Assembly (NCBI GenBank): GCA_963702795.1
Contig: CAVPDY010000004.1
Coordinates: forward strand, 358,847 to 422,846
Origin: an uncultured Acidobacteriota bacterium
GTDB lineage: Bacteria; Acidobacteriota; Terriglobia; Acidiferrales; UBA7541
DNA: 64,000 bases
Direction of reading: 5' to 3'
Shown: positions 52,369 through 62,609 of the stretch, piece by piece
How the letters are laid out: every line of letters starts with the position of its first letter
Numbering within the stretch: the stretch's first letter is position 1
Made by a program: the position numbers and the translations under genes
The notes under the pieces: generated by a model
The model's database searches: none
Seen by the model: the letters and a program-made list of their open reading frames with translations, nothing else
Told to the model about the DNA's origin: nothing

Positions 52369-53773
52369 AGTCACCGGATTCAAGGAATATACGCGCGAAG
52401 CGCCGACGCGGCGAGCGGTCGCGGAGCGGCTGCACGACTACCTCGAGGTCTATCAGCCGTTCCCGGATGAAAAGGTGCGCCTGCAAGCGGCGCGCTGCAT
52501 GGATTGCGGCATTCCCTTCTGCCATACCGGATGCCCGGTCACCAACATCATTCCGGACTGGAATGACCTGGTTTATCGCGACCACTGGAAGGAAGCGATC
52601 CGGGTGCTGCATTCGACGAACAACTTTCCGGAGTTTACCGGGCGCATCTGCCCAGCTCCTTGCGAAGCCGCGTGCGTGCTGGGGATCAACGAACCGCCGG
52701 TGACGATCAAGGTGATCGAGAAGACGATCGTGGAGCGGGCTTGGGAAGAGGGCTGGATCAAACCCGAGCCGCCGACGCGGCGCAGCGGCAAGCATATCGC
52801 GGTCGTCGGCTCCGGACCGGCGGGCCTGGCGGCGTCGCAACAGCTCAATCGGGCTGGGCATTGGGTGACGCTCTTCGAGAAGAACGATCGCATTGGCGGG
52901 TTGCTGCGCTACGGCATACCGGACTTCAAGCTGGAGAAGCACGTTGTGGACCGGCGGCTGGACCAGATGACGGCCGAGGGCGTCCGCTTTCAGACGCGCA
53001 CGCACATCGGCAAGGATCTTCCAGCGGAGAATCTGCGGCGTGAGTTTGACGCGGTGCTGCTGACGGGAGGCGCGGAGGCGCCGCGCGATTTGACTGTTCC
53101 GGGGCGCGAGCTAAAGGGCATTCATTTCGCGATGGAATTTCTGCCGCAGCAGAACAAGCGCAATGTCGGGGATAAAGTGCCGGACCAGATTTTGGCCACG
53201 GGCAAACACGTGGTGATTATCGGAGGCGGCGACACGGGCGCGGACTGCCTGGGCACAACGCACCGGCATGGACCGAAATCGGTGAGCCAATTCGAGATTA
53301 TGCCGCTGCCGCCGCCGGAACGTTCGCCGAGCACGCCTTGGCCGTTGTGGCCGCTGCAATTGCGCACCGAGAGCTCGCACGAAGAGGGTGGCGACCGGGC
53401 ATGGTCGATCGCCACGACGAAATTTACCGGCGACGCGAAGGGCAACGTGAAGCAGCTTCATGCGATCAAGGTGGGCCCGCCGCCGAAGTTCGAGCCGATT
53501 CCGGGCACTGAGTTCGTGATGGACGCGGATTTAGTCCTGCTGGCGCTGGGGTTCACCGGGCCGGTGCGGCAGGGCATGATCGAGCAGTTCGGCGTGAACC
53601 TGGATGCGCGGGGCAACGTTGCGACGGAGAATTACATGAGTTCTGTGCCGGGCGTCTTTGCCGCTGGCGACATGCGCCGCGGGCAATCGCTTGTCGTGTG
53701 GGCCATTTCGGAGGGCCGCAAGGCCGCGGCCGCCATCGATACCTACCTCATGGGCAGCACGCTGCTGAAGTAG
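52361..53773 (+). CDS. gltD: Glutamate synthase small subunit (NADPH)
   Basis: Listed ORF of 470 aa. The Fe-S Cys clusters are [12 protein letters not shown] and [10 protein letters not shown]. The dinucleotide-binding motifs are [11 protein letters not shown] and [11 protein letters not shown]. It overlaps the gltB stop by 8 nt. Confidence 0.95.
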   Translation: MGKVTGFKEYTREAPTRRAVAERLHDYLEVYQPFPDEKVRLQAARCMDCGIPFCHTGCPVTNIIPDWNDLVYRDHWKEAIRVLHSTNNFPEFTGRICPAPCEAACVLGINEPPVTIKVIEKTIVERAWEEGWIKPEPPTRRSGKHIAVVGSGPAGLAASQQLNRAGHWVTLFEKNDRIGGLLRYGIPDFKLEKHVVDRRLDQMTAEGVRFQTRTHIGKDLPAENLRREFDAVLLTGGAEAPRDLTVPGRELKGIHFAMEFLPQQNKRNVGDKVPDQILATGKHVVIIGGGDTGADCLGTTHRHGPKSVSQFEIMPLPPPERSPSTPWPLWPLQLRTESSHEEGGDRAWSIATTKFTGDAKGNVKQLHAIKVGPPPKFEPIPGTEFVMDADLVLLALGFTGPVRQGMIEQFGVNLDARGNVATENYMSSVPGVFAAGDMRRGQSLVVWAISEGRKAAAAIDTYLMGSTLLK

Positions 53774-53887
53774 GCAGGCTGCGGCGTCAAAGCAAGCTCC
53801 CCTCGTTCACCTCAGAGTCGTCGACAAACCATTGCGATACTGCGGGGCCTATCCGAATTCAAGCGGAACAGGCAGCCAGCTTGCGGA

Positions 53888-54751
53888 TTATGTGGTCCAA
53901 GATGGAGTTTTGGGGGAACTGACGTACGCGGCGCCGCAGCGAAAGAGCTTTTGCTCCTTTAGTTCCTGGACGAAAACGATTTGTGCGGGAACAAAGATAT
54001 TTGACGGACCCGGTGAGTAGGGCGCCGATACTTCGATCATCGACTTTTCCGCGTAGCCGGTGCGGCTTTTAAAACGCAGCCCTCCTCGCGACACGTCTTC
54101 GCAGAAAACGATCTCGTCCCCGGAATCAGGATGGCGGATACAGGCCTGAAAGCTCACTTTGGTGCGCAGGTGTTTGCGCCTATTTTGGGGGCGTGGCCGG
54201 AGGGGTGGAGACGGGGATGGCTTCGGGTCTGGCTTTGGTTGAGGGGCAACTGACACCTCGATATCGCCCAGAGCCTGCCTCCAAACGGTTGCGGAGCCGC
54301 AGCGTTTGCAGGGCCGCCGCACAGAGTCGTTGGCCGCGTAGATGTCCGATTCGAGGTCGCTCAGGTCAACGATCTCGCGACCCTTACACCCGCTGCACTC
54401 GAGCAACAAGCGGCCGGCTGCTTTCTCAGATTCCGTCAGAGGCGGAAATTCGATCCCCCAGAAGTCGGTGGTGGGATTCAGAAAGGCGAGGCCGTAGGTG
54501 TAGCGATCAGCTTGAGATCCGATCACACCAACGACACGGACCTCGACCTCTTTGTTCGTGTCCGGGCGGCGAATGACCATCTCTTGTTCCGGGGCTAGTT
54601 TGTAGTGTGAGACAACTCCGGCCCCGTCCCGGCTGACGACGACGGTATTGGTCTGCTCCGAGAAAACCGTGCCGTCCAGGTCGCTTCCGATCAGGAAAAT
54701 AGCAATCTCTTTGGGGATTCGGCCACTTCGACGGACACCATCCGGAGGCAT
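53888..54751 (-). CDS. PilZ - zinc ribbon - PilZ protein (putative c-di-GMP receptor)
   Basis: Listed ORF 53888..54973. The Met at 54751 is preferred because it avoids a 92-nt overlap with the upstream gene. PilZ signatures are RRSGRIP...VSRDGAG and RRKHLRT...DVSRGGL, separated by CSGC...CKRC. Confidence 0.72.
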   Translation of the reverse strand: MPPDGVRRSGRIPKEIAIFLIGSDLDGTVFSEQTNTVVVSRDGAGVVSHYKLAPEQEMVIRRPDTNKEVEVRVVGVIGSQADRYTYGLAFLNPTTDFWGIEFPPLTESEKAAGRLLLECSGCKGREIVDLSDLESDIYAANDSVRRPCKRCGSATVWRQALGDIEVSVAPQPKPDPKPSPSPPLRPRPQNRRKHLRTKVSFQACIRHPDSGDEIVFCEDVSRGGLRFKSRTGYAEKSMIEVSAPYSPGPSNIFVPAQIVFVQELKEQKLFRCGAAYVSSPKTPSWTT

Positions 54752-54881
54752 GCTCGCCACCCGCTCGGAGCGCAATGAATCGTTCGAAGGGTACTCGTAA
54801 TCCCTCGCGCGAGTCACTGATTTTTTGGATTCGGCCAATCGGTGTTTCCACGGGCGCGTGAGAGAAAGCGCTCTGGAGGGC

Positions 54882-56237
54882 TTACATTTTCGGGGAAACG
54901 GATATGCGGACACGACTTGCAACGGGACGACCATCCTTGAATGCGGGAATAAACTTCCATTCCCCGGTCGCATCCATCAAGTGGGCGTCAGCCTCTTTCG
55001 GATTGTCGACCAGTCCGGCGGAGCGCACTTTTCCGGCGGAATCAATCACCACATCGAGAAGCACTTCCTCCGACGAAACCATGGAAACCGGAGACCAGAG
55101 CTGGATCGGCATAGGTAGGACGAGGTCCGGCTTCCTAGCTTCCGCATTGCCCATTCCGTCGAACATTCGCCTCCGGCCAATGGAAATTACCGTTGGAGGG
55201 CCGCCGCCTTGGGGGCGAATCCCGTCGAAGATTTCTACGTGTTCCTTGCGGCCCGTGGCAACTGCCGCCGATGCGCCGTCCACTTGAGCGCGGATGCCGC
55301 GATCGCGGGCTTGCAAGATTGCGGCACGAATTCGGTCCACATCGGCGGCGGGCCACATGTCGGAAAGCGCATGCCAGGCCTCCTGTTCGCGGCCGCTGTA
55401 CAGGTACGACCATACGATTTCCAATACCTTGAATTTTATGCCTAGCAGGTAGTCGTTCTGGCGCAACTCCTCCCGCGAGGAAAAATCGGCCGGGGCTAAC
55501 GTGCCATCGCTGCTTTTGAAATCGCTGAGCTGCTGCACGTCAAGACCGGCGCGTACCTTGGCTATTTGCTGGTCAAAATAGGGCTGGAACTCGGCGCTTA
55601 CATCGAGCAACTGACCGTTGGTAAAGCGCAGAACGATGGGCGGCGGAAAGTCGAGCTGCCTGACGTCGAAGTGCTCGAAACCATCCACCGCAGCCGAATC
55701 GTCGGTCCAGATTTCGACGCGGCCGTCGAGGTCGGTGTCCGCAGCGCTGAAGGAATCCGCGCCCGCGATGGTGCGCAAGAGCCTCGGCGGCTTCTCGAGG
55801 GAGTAAATCTGGTAGGACATGCAGCATCCGGCGTCGGATTTCTTCACTTGGATCGCAGCGACTGGCACACCCACGCCAAGATCGGCGCCGAACGCGTCGA
55901 CATCGATCCGGGCGGCAGCGGTGGCGACGACCAGCTTTTGCTTGTTCCAACTGAGCTCTGCCTCGCAGGCTCTTATCGCTAGTTCCCCATTTCTGGCCGC
56001 CGTCACGCTCACTTTTACGCCGGTGTGGAATTCGGACTCGAAGCTGCCGGTGCCGGCGCTGCAAACCACTTCGTGAGCCTGAGCATGGCAGACGCTTGCC
56101 GTGACGCAGAGAAGCACGAAGCATGCGAGAGCCATCGCGCGGCGGAGGAATTGCGCCGGCGTGATCCGCGCACGAGTGCCGCAAACGTCGCTATGGTAGG
56201 TAACCGCCACGGCTTTGCTAGCAATCCTACTCCACAT
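54882..56237 (-). CDS. Secreted hypothetical protein with a TonB-C-like terminal domain
   Basis: Listed ORF of 451 aa. Has a hydrophobic N-terminal segment ALACFVLLCVTASVCHAQA. The C-terminal VVIDSAGKVRSAGLVDNPK...FIPAFKDGRPVASRVRISV resembles the TonB C-terminal fold. Confidence 0.55.
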   Translation of the reverse strand: MWSRIASKAVAVTYHSDVCGTRARITPAQFLRRAMALACFVLLCVTASVCHAQAHEVVCSAGTGSFESEFHTGVKVSVTAARNGELAIRACEAELSWNKQKLVVATAAARIDVDAFGADLGVGVPVAAIQVKKSDAGCCMSYQIYSLEKPPRLLRTIAGADSFSAADTDLDGRVEIWTDDSAAVDGFEHFDVRQLDFPPPIVLRFTNGQLLDVSAEFQPYFDQQIAKVRAGLDVQQLSDFKSSDGTLAPADFSSREELRQNDYLLGIKFKVLEIVWSYLYSGREQEAWHALSDMWPAADVDRIRAAILQARDRGIRAQVDGASAAVATGRKEHVEIFDGIRPQGGGPPTVISIGRRRMFDGMGNAEARKPDLVLPMPIQLWSPVSMVSSEEVLLDVVIDSAGKVRSAGLVDNPKEADAHLMDATGEWKFIPAFKDGRPVASRVRISVSPKM

Positions 56238-56409
56238 CGGCGGAAAGTGCTTGCTGCTTAAGCGCCGGAGCGCGGTTGCGGAAACATGGTTGGGACGTGC
56301 TGCGCCGAACGTGCATTGTTGGTAGCGGCGCCACGAATAGGAATAGGGCTGGACGGGCTTTGGTGGTTACATTGGAGGATAGTAAGTCGTCCCTTCCAGA
56401 GGAGAAAAA

Positions 56410-57285
56410 GTGCGAAAAATAACATCGTTCGTGTTGGCGCTGCTAGGTCTCGTTGGCCTCCCGAGCTTGTGTACTGCGCAATCGCAAGATGTTCTGGTCG
56501 CGGCTGACACTGGAGTTTTAACTGCCGGAGCCGCGGGACTGGCTGGGTCCGCTGAGCCGGCAGCGCCCGTCGCTGCTATTCCAGAACCAGGGGCGACTCC
56601 GCCGAAGACACGAAGTTCGCGCGAGGCCAGAGTGGGAATCGGGGTGAGGGCTTCGACGCTGGGAATCGGGGGTGAAGTGGCGGTCCGAGTCCTGAACAGA
56701 GCGAATGTGCGAGCTGGATTCAACGTGCTGGGCTTGAGCCACGGCTTTTCCAGCGATGGAATTGACTACTCCGCGAGTCTGCACCTGCGATCGGCGGACG
56801 CGCATTTCGACTATTTTCTGCTGGGTCCACTGCATATCAGTCCAGGGGTATTGCTTTACAACGGCGATACGCTGAGCGGCAGCGCCATCGCTTCCAGCGG
56901 GCAAACGTTCACAGTGAATGGCACGGAATATGAAAGCTCTACGTCCAATCCGATTGCCGCCGCGGTCGCGGCGAACGTCAACAAGGTGGCGCCGGAAATT
57001 CTCATCGGGGTCGGGAATTTGGTTCCGCGGGGCAGCAGGCACTGGAGTATCAACGCGGAGTTTGGCGTTGCTTACGAGGGGTCGCCCAAAATAACGTTCG
57101 GACTGACCGGCATGGCGTGCATGCCTCCCAACACCAGCGGGCCTACCTGCGTGGACGCCGGCACCGACCCAACGATACAAAGCAATGTCGCGGCGCAACA
57201 AGCGAAGTACAATCATGATGCGTCGGAGCAATTCTATTACCGCCTGTGGCCGGTGCTTTCGATCGGGTTTGGCTACGCTTTCTGA
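56410..57285 (+). CDS. Outer-membrane beta-barrel protein, unknown function
   Basis: Listed ORF of 291 aa. Signal peptide is MRKITSFVLALLGLVGLPSLCTAQ. The C-terminus is WPVLSIGFGYAF. Confidence 0.6.
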   Translation: MRKITSFVLALLGLVGLPSLCTAQSQDVLVAADTGVLTAGAAGLAGSAEPAAPVAAIPEPGATPPKTRSSREARVGIGVRASTLGIGGEVAVRVLNRANVRAGFNVLGLSHGFSSDGIDYSASLHLRSADAHFDYFLLGPLHISPGVLLYNGDTLSGSAIASSGQTFTVNGTEYESSTSNPIAAAVAANVNKVAPEILIGVGNLVPRGSRHWSINAEFGVAYEGSPKITFGLTGMACMPPNTSGPTCVDAGTDPTIQSNVAAQQAKYNHDASEQFYYRLWPVLSIGFGYAF

Positions 57286-57424
57286 GGCGCGGCTGGCGCA
57301 CGCATTTTGCGGCCAAGACGCTTCGCGCTGCCGAAACGAGCGGTTCGTTGTGTCGAGCGCGGGGAAAATGTAGGATACGCATGGCATGGCAAAGAGGAAT
57401 ATCCGCTCACCGGAGGAGCGCACC

Positions 57425-58186
57425 GTGAAATATCTATTTGGGTTGGTTGTCGCCTTGTTTCTTGTGCTCGGCAATGCGCCTGGCACCCGTGCGCAGGACG
57501 AAGTCACTTTCCTGATTCCGGCCCCAACCAAGGTCGTCATGGATAAATTGCTGCCGGCTTTTGAAGCCAAGACGGGATACAAGGTGAAGGTGACCTACGG
57601 CATGAGCATGACCACGCGGGACCAGGTGGCGAAAGGCGAACCTTTTGACGTGCCTGTGATGCGGGCGCCTTACGATGCTGCGCTGGCCTCGGGCAACATC
57701 ATTCCGAGCAGCGGGACCACGATTGCGAGCTTTGTCGCGGGCGTAGGCGTGCGCAAGGGCGCGCCGAAGCCGGACATTTCGACGCCGGAAGCCGTCAAGA
57801 AAATGCTGCTCGACGCGAAGTCCGTAATCTATTCGGACCCAGCCGCGGGGACTGTTGGAGTCCTGACGCAGGACATGTTCGAGAAGCTGGGCATTACCGA
57901 GCAGATGAAGGCAAAGAGCACGATCGTGCCGAATAGCGGTCCGTCGCAGGCGGCGGTGGCCAGCGGCGAAAAAGAGCTGTGCCTGGCCTATGTGAGCGAC
58001 ATGCGCAACCCCGGCATCGACGTCGTAGGGCCGCTGCCGCGTGAGGTTGCTGCTACGGATGATTTGGTTGGGTTCGTGTCTTCCCATGCGACAAATCCCA
58101 AGGCTGCCAAGGCGCTTTTGGACTTTCTTTCGTCGCCTGAAGCGGCGCCGTTTTATAAGCAAGGCGGGATGAAGCCGGGGCACTGA
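57425..58186 (+). CDS. Periplasmic substrate-binding protein, ModA-like (no cognate permease nearby)
   Basis: The GTG at 57425 follows GGAGGA. A signal peptide (KYLFGLVVALFLVLGNAPGTRAQ) is followed by LLPAFEAKTGYKVKVTYG...GEPFDV, a type-2 PBP pattern. Confidence 0.68.
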   Translation: MKYLFGLVVALFLVLGNAPGTRAQDEVTFLIPAPTKVVMDKLLPAFEAKTGYKVKVTYGMSMTTRDQVAKGEPFDVPVMRAPYDAALASGNIIPSSGTTIASFVAGVGVRKGAPKPDISTPEAVKKMLLDAKSVIYSDPAAGTVGVLTQDMFEKLGITEQMKAKSTIVPNSGPSQAAVASGEKELCLAYVSDMRNPGIDVVGPLPREVAATDDLVGFVSSHATNPKAAKALLDFLSSPEAAPFYKQGGMKPGH

Positions 58187-58208
58187 GCTTGGCGCGGTGC
58201 CGACTCCG

Positions 58209-58646
58209 CTATTTCTGCAGTAGGAGCAGCCGCTCCGAAATGAGCCTTGAGTGAGGGAAATCCAGGGGTATACGCACGACTTCACCGCTCTTCAGATGAA
58301 AGCACAGTCCTTTGAATGCACGAATACGAAGAGCGAAGGCCGCTCCAACGGTGCACTGCTCGACAGAAATGACATCGGCCAGGTTGACCCGAACGGGCGT
58401 CGACAAGGCAGGCCGGTATAGCAGGGCCCCATCCGTAAAGATTAGGGCTCTTCTTCTCTCGATGAAGGCTCTTCCGGAAAGCCAAATCATTGCGAGGATG
58501 ATGTACCAAGCCCTGAATGCGGGAATTGAGAGCAGGGTGATGCTGAGGGCCAAGACGACAAAAAATCCGGTCAAGGACTGCCGATACACCTCCTTGGCGC
58601 CGACTTCTCCGGCAGACCACCGTTCAGAGAGACTGGCCAACGTCAA
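58209..58646 (-). CDS. Small membrane protein, unknown function
   Basis: Listed ORF of 145 aa with two predicted TM helices (FFVVLALSITLLSIPAF; WYIILAMIWLSG) and a soluble C-terminal domain. Confidence 0.5.
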   Translation of the reverse strand: MTLASLSERWSAGEVGAKEVYRQSLTGFFVVLALSITLLSIPAFRAWYIILAMIWLSGRAFIERRRALIFTDGALLYRPALSTPVRVNLADVISVEQCTVGAAFALRIRAFKGLCFHLKSGEVVRIPLDFPHSRLISERLLLLQK

Positions 58647-58782
58647 GGTCCTCCGACCGGCTTAATCTCACGTCAAATCCAGTCGAGTATAGGCCAAGCT
58701 GATCAGAATGCGACTCGCTAACTAGACTGCTCGCGGAGATGCAATCGGGGGCGGATTCCGCTAGAATGCCCATTCTAATATT

Positions 58783-59694
58783 ATGGATTTCGATCAGCTG
58801 AATACGTTTGTCGAGGTGGCCAAGCACGGCAGCTTTTCGCTGGCTGGGCGCAAGGTTTTCCGGTCGCAGTCGGCGGTGAGCGCCCAGATTCGGCAGCTGG
58901 AGCAGGAGTATGGCGAGAAGCTCTTCGGGCGGCTGGGGAAATCGGTGCGGCTGACGCCTGCGGGCGAGGTGCTGTTCGAGTACGCCAACCGCTTCCTGGA
59001 GCTACGGCTGGAGTCGCTGCGGGCCGTGGCCGATCAGTCCACTACCCCGCGGGGCGTGATCACCATCGGGGCCAATGAAGCCACCTGCCTGTATGTGCTT
59101 CCCGACGTCTTCGGGAAATACCAGCACCTTTATCCCGACGTGCAGATCAGCATTTACCGCAATTTCAGCCACAAGATTTTGCAGCGCGTGGAAGACGGCA
59201 CGATCGACCTGGGCATCGTCACGCTGCCGGTGAAATCGCCCAGCTTGAAGGTGCATTCGATCTATCGCGACCGCGTGGTGCTGATGGTCAGTCCGAAAAA
59301 TCCGCTGGCCAAGCTGAAAACCGCGACCGCCAAGGATATCGCCAGCCAGCCGCTGATTTTTCCCAAGACCGGATTCACGCGCCAGGTGCTGGACAAGTAT
59401 TTCCGCCCGTACGTCGCCAATCTGCGCATCGCCATGGAATTGCCCAGCATCACGATGATCAAACGCTTCGTGGGCGCGAACCTGGGCGTTTCGCTCATCA
59501 GCGAGGGCTTTGCGGGCGACGACGTGCGCGCCGGGCGCGTGAAGCTGATTCCGCTCAAGGACGTCGATCTGTCGCGGGAGTTGGGCCTGATCTACCGCCG
59601 CGATCGCCATCTGCCGCGGGCGGCCAGCGCGTTCGTGGAATTGATCCGGCAGCCTGATACGATCGACTTCGAGCACGTCAAGAGCGCGACTTAA
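58783..59694 (+). CDS. LysR-family transcriptional regulator
   Basis: Listed ORF of 303 aa. The HTH region is MDFDQLNTFVEVAKHGSFSLAGRKVFRSQSAVSAQIRQLEQEYG. A LysR substrate-binding domain follows. Confidence 0.92.
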   Translation: MDFDQLNTFVEVAKHGSFSLAGRKVFRSQSAVSAQIRQLEQEYGEKLFGRLGKSVRLTPAGEVLFEYANRFLELRLESLRAVADQSTTPRGVITIGANEATCLYVLPDVFGKYQHLYPDVQISIYRNFSHKILQRVEDGTIDLGIVTLPVKSPSLKVHSIYRDRVVLMVSPKNPLAKLKTATAKDIASQPLIFPKTGFTRQVLDKYFRPYVANLRIAMELPSITMIKRFVGANLGVSLISEGFAGDDVRAGRVKLIPLKDVDLSRELGLIYRRDRHLPRAASAFVELIRQPDTIDFEHVKSAT

Positions 59695-59784
59695 TCTACG
59701 CGGGCTGCAAATACGGCCCAGACCCGATTTGCGCGGGCTGCGAGTACCGCCCGCACCCGCAAACCGCATCGCGACGGAGACTTT

Positions 59785-60174
59785 ATGGCCTCATCGGAGT
59801 ATCTGCTCAAGACGGAACCTTCTGAATACTCGTTCGAGGATCTGCGGAGCGACGGAACGACGGAATGGGATGGAGTGTCGAATCCCGTGGCGCTCAAGAA
59901 TCTTCGGGAGATGCAGCCGGGAGTCAAGTTGGTCATCTACGAGACCGGGGAGCACAAGAGCGCGGTCGGAACAGCGTCGGTCGTCTCGGTGGACGCGTCG
60001 AATCCCAAGAATCCGGTGGTGAAGATCAAGGCCGGAAAGGCGCTGGCGAAGCCGGTATCGCTGGCGGAGATCAAAGCCAACCCGATCTTTGCGGATTCTC
60101 CCCTGGTGCGGCAAGGAAGGCTGTCGGTCGTGCCCTTGACGGCAGCCCAATATAAAGCTCTGACCGGCGGCTAA
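59785..60174 (+). CDS. EVE (PUA-like) domain protein
   Basis: Listed ORF of 129 aa. The sequence is YLLKTEPSEYSFEDLRSDGTTEWDGVSNPVALKNLREMQPG. Confidence 0.8.
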   Translation: MASSEYLLKTEPSEYSFEDLRSDGTTEWDGVSNPVALKNLREMQPGVKLVIYETGEHKSAVGTASVVSVDASNPKNPVVKIKAGKALAKPVSLAEIKANPIFADSPLVRQGRLSVVPLTAAQYKALTGG

Positions 60175-60192
60175 TTTCACGCGGCCCGAATC

Positions 60193-60900
60193 GTGAACAC
60201 ACAACAGCTTGCGCTCGGCGCCGTCTGGTACGTCGCGTTTCTCTTTTCCACCACCTGCCACGAAGCGGCGCACGCCCTCATCGCGAAATGGGGCGGCGAC
60301 ATGACGGCTGCCGAGGGCGGCCAGGTCACACTCAATCCGATTCCTCATATACGGCGCTCGCCGTTTGGGATGGTGGTGATGCCGATCCTCTCGTTTGCTC
60401 TAGGGGGATGGATGATCGGATGGGCCAGCGCGCCCTTCGATCCCAACTGGGAGCGCAGCCATCCGCGCCGCGCGGCCCGCATGGCGCTGGGCGGACCGGC
60501 AGCCAATTTCACGATCATGCTGCTGGCGGCCTTGGCGATCCGTATCGGACTGATGCTGGGATATTTCGCCGTACCCCTGTCGATCACCGGCTATTCGACG
60601 CTGGTGCAGCCGGCCTCGGGGGGCGATCCGACCTTTGCGACTTCGGTGCTCAGTATTCTCTTCGTGCTGAATTTGCTGCTGGGGACGTTCAACCTGCTAC
60701 CGGTGCCTCCGCTGGACGGGCATTCCGCCATCATGCTGCTGATGCCGGAACGGACCGCCCTGCGTTATCTCGACATCGTGCGCGGAGGCCAATACGCGCT
60801 GCTCGGGCTGATCGTGGCCTGGTACGCCTACGGATATGTCTTTAACTCGGTGTTCGGCTTGGCGCTGCATCTGCTCTACGCGGGGAGCAAGTACGGATGA
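60193..60900 (+). CDS. Site-2 protease (M50) family membrane metalloprotease
   Basis: Listed ORF of 235 aa. The HExxH motif lies in a TM helix (TCHEAAHALIAKWGG), and NLLPVPPLDGH follows downstream. Confidence 0.85.
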   Translation: MNTQQLALGAVWYVAFLFSTTCHEAAHALIAKWGGDMTAAEGGQVTLNPIPHIRRSPFGMVVMPILSFALGGWMIGWASAPFDPNWERSHPRRAARMALGGPAANFTIMLLAALAIRIGLMLGYFAVPLSITGYSTLVQPASGGDPTFATSVLSILFVLNLLLGTFNLLPVPPLDGHSAIMLLMPERTALRYLDIVRGGQYALLGLIVAWYAYGYVFNSVFGLALHLLYAGSKYG

Positions 60901-61006
60901 GCGTGGCTGCGCCCGATCGCACGGGGCAAAGTCGTTGTATCCAGCGCGGGAGAAGTGTAGGATTCCCGATATTCCAGCATTGAGGCGCACGCATGGAGGA
61001 GGGATC

Positions 61007-62545
61007 ATGGCAAGAAAACCCTGGATATCCCGGGCGTTTATGTTGGTGCTGGCTTTGGCGCTCGTTTCGGGAGTCGCATCCGCACAGGACGCCAAAACCG
61101 TGATTCAAAATGCCCAAAAGGCCATGGGCGATGCCAAGTCCATCCAGTATTCCGGCACCGGCACCATGGGCGGGTTCGGACAGAACTGGAATCCCAACGT
61201 CGCGTGGCATCCCACGATGATCACCAGCTATACGCGAACGATTGACTATGTGAACGTCGCCTCGCGCGAGGAAATCACGCGCACGCAGGAGAATCCGCCC
61301 GCGAAGGGCGGCGAAGCTCCCTTTGCAGGAGAGCAGAAGCAAACCAACTTCGTCGGCGGAGGCGGATGGGCCTGGAACGCGCCTCCTCCGAATCAGCCGG
61401 AATTGCCCATCGGGGCCGCGCCGGGAGGTATCGGTGTGCCGGCCCCGGCCGCCTCGGAAGAGAGGGCGCTGCAGATTTGGCTGACACCGCATGGTTTCCT
61501 GCGAGCGGCAGCGCAGGGCAAGGCCACCGTCAGCCAGGGCAACGAGGGCGGGAAGAAGGTCACCGTGGTGACGTTCATGGATGACAACGGCCACAAGATC
61601 GTCGGAGATATCGATGATCAGAACATGGTGATCAAGGTCGATTCCTGGCTGCCCAATCCCGTGCTCGGCGACATGCTGGTCGAGACGACCTACACCGACT
61701 ACAAGGACTTTGGCGGCGTCAAGTTTCCCGGACACATTGTGCAAAAGGAAGGCGGCTGGCCGGTGCTGGACCTAACCGTGACGAGTGCGAAAGCCAATAT
61801 ACCGAATGCGTTTATTCAGGTTGCGGGCAATGCGATCGGGGAAGAACTGCCGCCGGTCAACGTCGTGGCGCAGAAAATGGCTGACGGGGTGTGGTTCCTG
61901 GGCGGCGGGACGCACAACAGCGTGCTGATCGAATTCAAGGACTACGTCGCCGTGGTCGAAGCACCACTGAACGATGCGCGTTCCGAGGGCGTGATGGACC
62001 AAGTGAAGATGCTCGTGCCCAACAAGCCGATCAAGTACGTGTTCAACACGCACCACCACTTCGATCACTCGGGCGGTCTGCGGGCCTACGTGGCTGCGGG
62101 CGCCACGATCATCACCAACGAGGGCAATAAGGCCTTCTACGAGGCGGCCTGGAAGGCGCCGCGCACGCTTCAGCCGGACATGCTGTCGCAGAATCCCAAG
62201 CCGGCGACGTTCATCACCTTCAAGGACAAATACGTGCTGACCGACGGCACTCGCTCGCTGGAGATCTACAAGCTGCAGGGCGACAATCATAACGAACTGA
62301 TGAGCATCGGGTACCTGCCCAAGGAGAAGATCCTGATCGAGGCGGACGACTTCACGCCGCCAGCGCCGGGCGGTCCCGCGCCGGTGCCCGTGGCGATGGG
62401 CTTTGCGAACAATCTGTACGACAATTTGCAGCGGTTGAAGCTGCAGGTGGATATGATTGCGCCGCTGCACGGGAATCCGGCGCCGATGTCCACGATGCTG
62501 AAGATACTCGGCAAGACGCAGTCCGCCGAGCTAAGATCCAACTAA
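61007..62545 (+). CDS. Secreted protein: N-terminal domain of unknown function fused to an MBL-fold domain
   Basis: The ATG at 61007 follows GGAGGAGGG (listed ORF starts at 60836). Signal peptide is MARKPWISRAFMLVLALALVSGVASAQ. The MBL motif is YVFNTHHHFDHSGGLRAY. Confidence 0.8.
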   Translation: MARKPWISRAFMLVLALALVSGVASAQDAKTVIQNAQKAMGDAKSIQYSGTGTMGGFGQNWNPNVAWHPTMITSYTRTIDYVNVASREEITRTQENPPAKGGEAPFAGEQKQTNFVGGGGWAWNAPPPNQPELPIGAAPGGIGVPAPAASEERALQIWLTPHGFLRAAAQGKATVSQGNEGGKKVTVVTFMDDNGHKIVGDIDDQNMVIKVDSWLPNPVLGDMLVETTYTDYKDFGGVKFPGHIVQKEGGWPVLDLTVTSAKANIPNAFIQVAGNAIGEELPPVNVVAQKMADGVWFLGGGTHNSVLIEFKDYVAVVEAPLNDARSEGVMDQVKMLVPNKPIKYVFNTHHHFDHSGGLRAYVAAGATIITNEGNKAFYEAAWKAPRTLQPDMLSQNPKPATFITFKDKYVLTDGTRSLEIYKLQGDNHNELMSIGYLPKEKILIEADDFTPPAPGGPAPVPVAMGFANNLYDNLQRLKLQVDMIAPLHGNPAPMSTMLKILGKTQSAELRSN

Positions 62546-62609
62546 GGGCTGTCGTGCTCCTGTGGGATTCTGATTAAGGTATTCGAGGCGTTTTTTCGAG
62601 GAGGCCATC

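Noticed and set aside
47743-52383. Very long antisense ORFs opposite gltB (listed 511 aa at 47743..49278 and 1020 aa at 49321..52383).
   Set aside because: They mirror a strongly GC3-biased, clearly identified gene. Their translations are Arg/His/Pro-rich and low in complexity, with no motifs. This is the usual stop-depleted antisense frame of high-GC genes.
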